NCBI GenBank assembly: GCA_963807915.1
Contig: CAWEDO010000002.1
Location: forward strand, 105,502 to 169,501
Length of the DNA: 64,000 nucleotides
Direction of reading: 5' to 3'
DNA from: an uncultured Chloroflexia bacterium
GTDB lineage: Bacteria > Chloroflexota > Limnocylindria > QHBO01
Shown: positions 56,899-64,000 of the stretch, one piece after another
How the letters are laid out: every line of letters begins with the position of its first letter
Position numbering within the stretch: the stretch's first letter is position 1
Translations under genes and position numbers: made by a program
Notes under the pieces: model-generated
The model's database searches: none
What the model saw: only the letters and a program-made list of their open reading frames with translations
What the model was told of the DNA's origin: nothing

Positions 56899-58056
56899 GT
56901 GGCGCAGGCACGTCAGGTCCCCGATCTCGCCTCGCTCGAGCACGAGAATTGGATCGCGTACCTCACTGGCGCTGCGAGCTGCACCATTCGAACCAAGGTA
57001 ATGCGCACCGGCGGGGTCGTGACGCTCCTCACCGGCCTGCCGATGGACTGGTACAACCAGATCCTGGTCGAGCGGGACAACGCGACCCGCGCCGACCTCC
57101 TCGCCGCCGTGGCCGATGCGCGCGACGGGGGCGAGCCATTCGCCGTTCGCCTGCGCGAGGAGATCGATGATCGGTTCATCCCGAGCCTCGTCCAGGCTGG
57201 AATGGAGGCCGAGGGACGCGAGACCTCGACGCCCGGCATGGTTGCCTTCCCGATCGACGAGGAAGTCATCACCACCCACGCAGCCCCCGACCTCGAGATC
57301 CGCGTGATCGCCGACGCGGCCGGTATCGAGGTCCATCGCGCCGGGGTGACGGCGGGATTTGGCTCGGAGCCGGCGGTCGCCGACGGGACCGCCTGCGTGG
57401 GCCTCCTCGACCGACCCGAGTGCACCGTCTACGTCGGTTACGCGGACGGTTCGCCCGTCGTCACCGGTCTCGGCTGGCGGACGGGCAGGACGATCGGGGT
57501 CTACAGCATCGGCACCATCGGGTCGGCGCGCCGGCGCGGCTACGGGGCGGCGATGACGGCGCGGGTGATGGCCGACGGCGTGGCGGCCGGCTGTGACGCG
57601 GCAGCCCTCCAGGCCAGCGAGATGGGGCGCCCCATCTACGAGCGGCTCGGCTTCCAAACGGTCGTCCGCTACGCGGCCTACACCGAACGGATCGGTCGGC
57701 CGACGGAAGCTCGTACGAGCCCTGAGCCGATGCAGACGATGCGCGACCTGGTGGCCCTCGAGCACGTTGACTGGATGGAGTTCGCGGGTGAGCTCTACTA
57801 CTGGCGAGGCCCGGCGCCGTACCACTTCATCAGGGTGCCCGAAGAGGTGTGCATCGGGCTCCGCGCCGTGTCATCCGCGGTGACCTATGGCTGGGGGATG
57901 ATCCCGGTGTGGGTCCGGATCGGGGGGAGCCTCTGGGAGACGTCACTCTTCCCCAAGGACGGCGGCTATGTCCTCCCCATCAAGGACGTCCCCCGCAAGG
58001 CCGAAGGACTCGCCGATGGCGACACCATCGCCGTGGAGCTTGCCATCCGTTCCTAA
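56899..58056 (+). CDS. GNAT acetyltransferase domain fused to C-terminal DUF1905-like domain
   Basis: GNAT motif A (RRRGYGAAMTA); C-terminal YHFIRVPEEV...WVRIGG...DGDTIAVEL. Confidence 0.65.
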   Translation: MAQARQVPDLASLEHENWIAYLTGAASCTIRTKVMRTGGVVTLLTGLPMDWYNQILVERDNATRADLLAAVADARDGGEPFAVRLREEIDDRFIPSLVQAGMEAEGRETSTPGMVAFPIDEEVITTHAAPDLEIRVIADAAGIEVHRAGVTAGFGSEPAVADGTACVGLLDRPECTVYVGYADGSPVVTGLGWRTGRTIGVYSIGTIGSARRRGYGAAMTARVMADGVAAGCDAAALQASEMGRPIYERLGFQTVVRYAAYTERIGRPTEARTSPEPMQTMRDLVALEHVDWMEFAGELYYWRGPAPYHFIRVPEEVCIGLRAVSSAVTYGWGMIPVWVRIGGSLWETSLFPKDGGYVLPIKDVPRKAEGLADGDTIAVELAIRS

Positions 58057-59043
58057 CTATTCTGCGCTGGCGACCTGCTGGGTCCCCTCGAACCTGCGTG
58101 ACAGCGTGCCGGTCCGCCCCGAGAGAATGAGCGACGCACCCAGGGCCATCGTCCCCAGCAGGGCCAGGCGATTCAGGAGGGCGGTGGCCAGCGCCAGCTC
58201 CGGCGTCAGCCCGATCTGCGTGAAGAGGACCGATAGCGCCGCCTCCTGAAAGCCGAGTCCGCTCGGCGACAGCGGGATCAGGATGCTGAGCCGCGCCACG
58301 GCGATGCACGCCAACACCGGCCCGGGATCCCGGTACCCCGCCAGCGCGACCACGATGACGTAGACCATCGCGATACTCACGAGATGGAAGGCGAGCGCCA
58401 GGCTGGTGCCGTTCGTCAGTGCCGCCAGCCAGTCCCGAGCGGGCACCGCATCGGTCTGGAGACCCGGGCGGAGGCGCTCCGGCAGCAGTCGCGACAACCA
58501 TCTCAGGAGGCCGGGATGGCGCAGGAGGAGCAGGAAGCCCGATGAGCCGATGAGCAGCCCGACACCGAGGGCGAGCATCGGAAGCGTCCACGGTCCGGCT
58601 GGCAGGATGACGAGCGCCGCGAGGGCGATCAGGCTCAGGGCCACCTGGCTCGTCACGCGCTGCACGACGATCGGCACCAACAGCGTCGTCCACCCGCCCG
58701 CCGGGCCCCGTCCGGCGGCCAGACGATAGGCGTCCGCCCCGAGGTTCGCGGGGGTGATGCTGCCGACCGCCTGGGCAGCGTAGTAATGCGTGATGGTCGG
58801 CCACCATCGGAGCCTGACGCGCGCGAGGCGGATGGAGAGATCGTGCCAGGCGACCGCGCCGATGAGATGGACCGCGATCAGGCACAGGATCGCGGGCGCG
58901 GCGAGCCGGAAATCGACGTGCTGCAGGGCTCGCGCGACCGCGCCGGCATCGAAGCGCAGCAGCAGGAAGCCAACGATGGCCACGCCCAGGACCCAGCGCG
59001 CCGCGGTGACCAGCTGCGGCCGGCTGCGGACGCTACGCAACAT
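58057..59043 (-). CDS. flippase-like / lysylphosphatidylglycerol-synthase-TM-domain family membrane protein
   Basis: About eight TM helices; UPF0104-like. Confidence 0.6.
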   Translation of the reverse strand: MLRSVRSRPQLVTAARWVLGVAIVGFLLLRFDAGAVARALQHVDFRLAAPAILCLIAVHLIGAVAWHDLSIRLARVRLRWWPTITHYYAAQAVGSITPANLGADAYRLAAGRGPAGGWTTLLVPIVVQRVTSQVALSLIALAALVILPAGPWTLPMLALGVGLLIGSSGFLLLLRHPGLLRWLSRLLPERLRPGLQTDAVPARDWLAALTNGTSLALAFHLVSIAMVYVIVVALAGYRDPGPVLACIAVARLSILIPLSPSGLGFQEAALSVLFTQIGLTPELALATALLNRLALLGTMALGASLILSGRTGTLSRRFEGTQQVASAE

Positions 59044-60028
59044 GCATCGTGCGGCCCACGCCGACCGCTCCACGAATGGCCGATGCTAGGGTGGCGGGCG
59101 CGAGGAGAACGGGCCGCAGACCGCGTTCGGCAGTCCATGCCTCGCACTTGGGTGCGTACGGCAGCGGAATGATCGCGGTGCCCATGCGATCGGCGAAGAG
59201 GAGGCTGTGGTAGCGCATGCACACGGCCGCCGAGAGACAACCGAAGACCGACAGGGCGCCCGCCGGGTTCAGGCTCCCCTCCAGCACGGCCAACCGCGGA
59301 TTCTGTGACTGCAACGTGCGCCCCAGGAGCAGGTCGTTGTGCGCATGGACGAAGGGATGCTGGCTCATCGGGATGAAGCAGAACTGCACATCGGGAAGCT
59401 CGGCCATGCTCTGCGCCACGGATCGTTCGAGCGCAGCGGCCTGGTATTCGCGCATCCCGGTCAGCGCCAAGCCCACCACGGGCCGGTCGGGATCAACACC
59501 TGCCTGGTGGAGGAGTTGGCGGCCGACGGGGGCCGAGGCGGGCTCGACCGACGCCGAGAGGTCCGGTACCACGTCGGCCGCGATCCCCCACTCAGCGAGG
59601 ACGTCGGCTGATCGGCGGTCGCGCACCGTGAACGCGACGGCTCGATCGGCCAGGCGCCGCAGCAGCCGCGCCCCAACCGGTCGCATGTCGCGATCGACCC
59701 CCACGCCCTGGATCGCGACCTCCAGGCCCAGGCTCGACGCCAGCAGGCCGTACAGCGGAAGCAGCCTCCCGATCGCGCCCATGTCTCGCCCGAACAGTCC
59801 CCCACCACCGATGATCACCGAGCGGTAGCTGCGAAGACCGAGCACTGCCTCCCGCGGTGAGATGGCCCTGACCTCGTGCATCGCCGCCGTCTCGGCCGGC
59901 ATGCGGGAGACGACCGAGACGCTTCGGTCGCGGCCGACCTGCTCCAGCAGCCCGGCGAGGATGGCCTCGTCGCCGACGTTGCGATAGCCGTAGCCGCCGA
60001 CCACCAGGATCGGCTCCGGAAGGTTCAC
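59033..60028 (-). CDS. polysaccharide pyruvyl transferase family protein
   Basis: PS_pyruv_trans-like N-terminus (ILVVGGYGYRNVGDEAIL). Confidence 0.8.
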   Translation of the reverse strand: MNLPEPILVVGGYGYRNVGDEAILAGLLEQVGRDRSVSVVSRMPAETAAMHEVRAISPREAVLGLRSYRSVIIGGGGLFGRDMGAIGRLLPLYGLLASSLGLEVAIQGVGVDRDMRPVGARLLRRLADRAVAFTVRDRRSADVLAEWGIAADVVPDLSASVEPASAPVGRQLLHQAGVDPDRPVVGLALTGMREYQAAALERSVAQSMAELPDVQFCFIPMSQHPFVHAHNDLLLGRTLQSQNPRLAVLEGSLNPAGALSVFGCLSAAVCMRYHSLLFADRMGTAIIPLPYAPKCEAWTAERGLRPVLLAPATLASAIRGAVGVGRTMHVA

Positions 60029-62223
60029 CGGAACATGAGTCCGTATGGTCCGTCGCCGGCCTCGGGATGGAAGCCGATGGCCTCCAACCGCCGTTCCCGA
60101 GACGCGAAGGCCGGATCATCCTGGTCAAGCAGCACAGCCGCGATCTGGTATTGCTTGACGAGGTCAGGCGGATAGAGCATCCGCAGGGTTGAGAACGGCT
60201 CCCCCGCCGTCAGCACGGTAACCTGGAGATGGAGCCGGCTGCCGGTGGCCCCGACCCGGAGGATGTCCGGTTGCGTCAGCTCGATCGCCCCAGCTCCGCC
60301 CACGACGCTGATGCGAAGGCCGGGCTCCTCGAGCCCCCGGCGCGTGAAGTAGACCGTCGCCTCTTCTCCGGAGATCGTGACGCGGCTCATGGCGATCCCG
60401 GGTGCTGACCGCAAGTCCAGCTGCATGCCGTCCACAGGGAGGGCAGTCTCCGCATTGACGACCAGGTCGAAGGTTGGCGAATCCCGCGTCAGCATTGCGT
60501 CCTGCGTCACGGAGATCTGACCACCGCGCCGATCGCCGGTCCAGTTGGTCTGGATCCCGACCTGCTCAGCGGTTGTCCTTCGAGTCACCGCATGTGGATG
60601 CAGGTTGGCAAGCGTCGCGAGCGTGCTCCGGGTCGCATCGCTGGCCAGGACCAGTGTCTCGAGCTCCGAGATGCGCAGCAGATCCACGAATTCGCCGCCG
60701 TGGTTCGCCGCGATCACGGCGTCGCGTGGCACGGCCACCGAGTCACTGAGCGCAAGGTCCTGGTACTTGATGAAGAAGAATTCGTTGGTCATGGCCGATG
60801 TGCTCCGCACGAGCGCCTCGGCCGCGATGCTTCGCTCCCACTCACCGGGGCGGAAGGCATAGCGCACGGATTGCGAAAAGAGGGTGGTCCTGCCGGTGAG
60901 ACCCTCGATCCACTTGGCCTCTCGGACGGGCGCCAGGATCGCGTCGTATTGGCCCAGCTCGCCCGCGAACCGCGATGCCACCGTCGCCAGCGCCGTTGCG
61001 TCATGCAATTCGTAGCCTCGCGCCATGGTCTGGTATCGCTGGACGGCGAACGGCGCGGCCGTCAACGCGATCGCCATGACTGTGATGAGCACCCACTCGC
61101 TGCGTCGGATCCCCCAGCGGAGTCGCTCGAGGAAGCTGGCTGCCAGCCCGATCACTGCGTGCAGTCCCCCGGCAGCGCCGAGCACGAGCGGGATCATCAG
61201 CGGCGTGCTGAAGCGGGGATAGTCGGTGCTTGCGTTCGTGATGACCGCGAAGAGGAGTGATCCCCAAACCGCTCCACTCCACCACAGCAGCAGGACGTAG
61301 CGGCCGACAACGCGCCGCATGAGGTCGCGGACGGCACCCGCCAGGATCGCCGTTCCCCCAAGGACCATGATGACCACCGTCGGCCAGTAGGAGAAGAGAC
61401 CGTCGAACAAGCGGCCCGCGCCTCGGTAGTTGAGGCTGGCCGGGTTCGTGACATAGCCCGCGCTTGCCGGAACGAGGACAACCAGCCAGTAGAGCACGAG
61501 GAACACCAGGATCGCCCCGACCGGTACGAGCGCGGGGAGGAGGCGGGCCAAGTCCACTCGCCTGGCTCGCGCAAGGCTCAAGCCCGCTGCGCCGAGGGCG
61601 ACCGGGACGGCAAGCAGTCCCGTGGCGACATGCGACAGGGCGGCGAGGACCAGGCAGATGCTCCCGAGCGACCACCAGACTCGCTGCACGTCGGGGCCGT
61701 CGCCGGCGCGCACGAACGCCGCCACGCTCAGGGTCATGAAGAGGAGCGCGCCCGCCTGGAGCAGGCCACCAAACGCGAACAGCTCCAGCAATCGATCGGT
61801 GACGAGGAATGCCAGGACGACGGCGAGGATGCTGGCTGCCCGACTCTTGAAGATCGCGGCAGCCACCGCATAGACGCTGGCCACGACCCCGACCAGCAAG
61901 AGGACGCCGAAGATGTGGAGCGCCGCAAACGGGTCAGTGATCGCGATGCGGAGCACGGCCAACGAGAAGGGAATTACCGGGGGAAGGACGTCGATGGACC
62001 GATAGTCGGGGAGCTGTTCCCCAAGGTAGTAGCGCGAGGCCATGAGCCACTGCCCGTAGTCCCCGCTTCCGATCGGCGTGCTCGCGAAGACGAGGCCAAG
62101 GCCGATTCCGATCGCCAACAGCGGCGCGGCTCGCACTGCCGCCTCCGCGAGTGTCCGAAGGCCGGCCCCGTCATTCCGCGGCGACGGCAGCGCGGTCCGC
62201 CTCGTCTCGATCAACGCACTCAT
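60025..62223 (-). CDS. large polytopic membrane protein with C-terminal soluble domain (GT-C-like glycosyltransferase candidate)
   Basis: 732 aa; about 13 TM helices N-terminally. Confidence 0.6.
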   Translation of the reverse strand: MSALIETRRTALPSPRNDGAGLRTLAEAAVRAAPLLAIGIGLGLVFASTPIGSGDYGQWLMASRYYLGEQLPDYRSIDVLPPVIPFSLAVLRIAITDPFAALHIFGVLLLVGVVASVYAVAAAIFKSRAASILAVVLAFLVTDRLLELFAFGGLLQAGALLFMTLSVAAFVRAGDGPDVQRVWWSLGSICLVLAALSHVATGLLAVPVALGAAGLSLARARRVDLARLLPALVPVGAILVFLVLYWLVVLVPASAGYVTNPASLNYRGAGRLFDGLFSYWPTVVIMVLGGTAILAGAVRDLMRRVVGRYVLLLWWSGAVWGSLLFAVITNASTDYPRFSTPLMIPLVLGAAGGLHAVIGLAASFLERLRWGIRRSEWVLITVMAIALTAAPFAVQRYQTMARGYELHDATALATVASRFAGELGQYDAILAPVREAKWIEGLTGRTTLFSQSVRYAFRPGEWERSIAAEALVRSTSAMTNEFFFIKYQDLALSDSVAVPRDAVIAANHGGEFVDLLRISELETLVLASDATRSTLATLANLHPHAVTRRTTAEQVGIQTNWTGDRRGGQISVTQDAMLTRDSPTFDLVVNAETALPVDGMQLDLRSAPGIAMSRVTISGEEATVYFTRRGLEEPGLRISVVGGAGAIELTQPDILRVGATGSRLHLQVTVLTAGEPFSTLRMLYPPDLVKQYQIAAVLLDQDDPAFASRERRLEAIGFHPEAGDGPYGLMFR

Positions 62224-63419
62224 TTCGCGGCGCTCTTGGCTGCGCTCGCCCGGCGCGCCATTGATGGTGCAGACACCTCGGCGGCCGCTTCGCGATAGAT
62301 GTCTTCCGTTGCCTGCGCCAGGCCGTCCCAGTCCGACTTCGCGGCGGAGCGCTTGGCCCTCACCTTCATGGATGCAAGGCGTGCCGGATCGCGGAGCAGT
62401 GAGCCCAGAGTGGCCGCCACCGATTCAGGCGTTGCGTCGCAGACGAGGCCGTCGAACCCATCTCGCACGAGGTCAGGAGCGGCGGTGTATGGGCCGCGCG
62501 CCACGACGGGCACACATCCGGACGCCATGGCTTCGAGCACCGTGATGCCGAAGCCCTCGCGGATCGACGGCAGGGCGAAGGCCCTGGCCGACTTCATCAT
62601 TGCGAAGGTCTGATCGCCTTCCACGAGCCCGGTGAAGCGAACGCGTTCGGCCATGCCGAGCGAGACAGCCAGGCGCTCCAGGCGCTCACGTTCCGGCCCA
62701 TCGCCAACGATCGTGCAGCGAATCTCCGGAAACTCATCCAGGAGCCGATGGACCGCCTGCAGCAGGACGTCCACCTTCTTGTCGTCGATCAGCCGGCCCA
62801 CGAACAGGAGGTCGGACTTGTGTGCCGATGGCCGAATGCCCTTGATGGCTGCGATGTCGACGCCATTGCCCACCACCCGCGCAGCCACGCCACCCGGCCC
62901 CTCCGCAAGCTTCCGTGCGGTGAACGGGGAGACGGCGACCCGCATGTCTCCCAACGGTCGGCAGCCAGCCTCGAGACGTTGAGCAATGCGCGCGACGGCT
63001 GGGCGCTCGGGAAGGTATGCCCTCCAGTGGTCGCCCCAGAACTCGTGCCAGGTGGCGACCAGGGGTGTGCGGGTCAGGCGCGCGGCCGCCCAGGCCGCGT
63101 AAAGCGGGAGGTAGGGAGTCGCCGAGCAATCGATGACGTCATATCGTTGCTGCAGCAGGGTTGGGGCCAGCCGAGCGGCGAACGCGGCTGCCTCGCTCAC
63201 GGTCCGTTTTCCATCGGCGCCATAGAAGTGGCGGGGCGCGCCGACGCCGTGCACGGTGAACCCCCCGTGCCGCGCCGACCGGGCCGGCCCCCAGTGGTTC
63301 CACGTGATGTAGTGCACCTCGTGGCGGGCGCTGAGCCGGGTCGCCAGCTCGTAGTTGCGCCGCTCGATGCCGCCCTTCAGGTAGGGGTACAAGCCGTCGT
63401 AGACGAAGGCGATCTTCAT
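62220..63419 (-). CDS. glycosyltransferase family 4
   Basis: GT4 EX7E-type C-terminal motif (EGFGITVLEAMASG). Confidence 0.85.
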   Translation of the reverse strand: MKIAFVYDGLYPYLKGGIERRNYELATRLSARHEVHYITWNHWGPARSARHGGFTVHGVGAPRHFYGADGKRTVSEAAAFAARLAPTLLQQRYDVIDCSATPYLPLYAAWAAARLTRTPLVATWHEFWGDHWRAYLPERPAVARIAQRLEAGCRPLGDMRVAVSPFTARKLAEGPGGVAARVVGNGVDIAAIKGIRPSAHKSDLLFVGRLIDDKKVDVLLQAVHRLLDEFPEIRCTIVGDGPERERLERLAVSLGMAERVRFTGLVEGDQTFAMMKSARAFALPSIREGFGITVLEAMASGCVPVVARGPYTAAPDLVRDGFDGLVCDATPESVAATLGSLLRDPARLASMKVRAKRSAAKSDWDGLAQATEDIYREAAAEVSAPSMARRASAAKSAAK

Positions 63420-63513
63420 GCGAGTCGACCCACTGGCATGTCAGTCCGCGGCGCGCTGGACCAGGTGCGTGCCCGCTGACCCCGGAAGTGGACCGCCGAA
63501 GGGCGGCGACCGT

Positions 63514-64000
63514 CTATGGGAAATATGGGGCGAGCGTCTGGGCACAGCCGCGTGCCAATCGGCGCATCCCCAGGGAGGCAATGGTCCCGGCGATCCGGAT
63601 ACCATCGCGGACGGGATGGAGCTTTGAGACCCCGGCGCGAGCGCGGTAGACGATCGGATGGTCCATGACGCGCAGCCCAAGGCGCACGCTCTTCATGGCG
63701 ATCTCGGCCTCGAGGCTGAACCCGTTCGACTGCAGGTCCATCCTCTCGAGCACGTTGCGCCGCATCCCGTAGAAGCCGGTGAGCGGATCCGTCCAGGACG
63801 ATCCGGAGGCGACGCGGATGGCGGTGGTGAGCACCGCGTTGCCGAAGCGGTTCAGCGGCGGGATGTTCGTGCGGCCCAGCGTGCGGACGCCGACCACCAT
63901 CTCGCACTCGTCGAGGCGGTCGATCAGCTCGACCACCGCGTCGACGGGGTAGGTGTCGTCGGCGTCCATGATGATGACCTTGTCGCCGCGGGCCGCGCTG
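63514..64000 (-). CDS. glycosyltransferase family 2 (polyprenol-phosphate sugar transferase-like), 5' partial at window edge
   Basis: GT2 C-terminal region; the ORF continues beyond the window end. Confidence 0.7.
   Translation of the reverse strand, partial: SAARGDKVIIMDADDTYPVDAVVELIDRLDECEMVVGVRTLGRTNIPPLNRFGNAVLTTAIRVASGSSWTDPLTGFYGMRRNVLERMDLQSNGFSLEAEIAMKSVRLGLRVMDHPIVYRARAGVSKLHPVRDGIRIAGTIASLGMRRLARGCAQTLAPYFP

Noticed and set aside
1-64000. Mobile elements or a genomic island
   Set aside because: No transposase, integrase, recombinase, phage or inverted-terminal-repeat signatures were seen. GC is uniformly high apart from short promoter regions.

Overview
Very GC-rich (about 70%), densely coding chromosomal segment of Actinobacteria-like character. 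TAT signals, DoxX, Ddn-like and PPOX-like deazaflavin (F420) enzymes, ECF sigma/anti-sigma pairs and PadR/MarR/TetR regulators all point that way. About 80 protein-coding genes can be supported. There is no rRNA, tRNA or CRISPR, and no transposase or integrase signature, so this looks like core/accessory metabolism rather than a mobile island.

Recognisable modules:
1. PadR plus a Rieske protein with a permease-prefix-like N-terminus.
2. A translationally coupled SRAP (abasic-site sensor peptidase) plus polynucleotide-kinase-like P-loop pair.
3. A NOX-like transmembrane FAD/NAD(P) oxidoreductase, an FMN-binding secreted protein and the ApbE flavin transferase, which together form an extracytosolic flavinylation and electron-transfer module.
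4. Two OmpR-type two-component systems.
5. A DUF4342, multi-zinc-ribbon and Lys/Ala-rich micro-peptide operon.
6. A DUF6510, ferredoxin-reductase-like and sulfite-oxidase-like molybdoenzyme trio.
7. A four-subunit 2-oxoacid:ferredoxin oxidoreductase (delta-alpha-beta-gamma) with GTGA/ATGA coupled junctions.
8. A CxxC zinc-ribbon gene followed by an ECF sigma and anti-sigma pair.
9. A DrrAB-like ABC exporter.
10. A cluster of flavodoxin, methyltransferase, formamidase and PPOX genes.
11. A membrane-anchored BNR (Asp-box) repeat protein.
12. A dihydrofolate-reductase-like::adenylyl-cyclase fusion next to LLM, nitroreductase and Ddn-like oxidoreductases.
13. A cell-envelope glycan cluster of flippase-like, pyruvyl transferase, a large GT-C-like membrane protein, GT4 and GT2 genes at the 3' end.

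Other notable points:
- Several genes are interrupted by single-base indels, two of them at G5/C5 homopolymers. A sigma/anti-sigma/beta-propeller locus at 47.7-49.4 kb carries at least four frameshifts and an in-frame TAA. This could be real pseudogenisation or assembly error.
- A 48-nt transition-only ghost copy of the msrA 3' end sits 4.8 kb from msrA.
- Low-GC intergenic regions carry clear operator-like palindromes.
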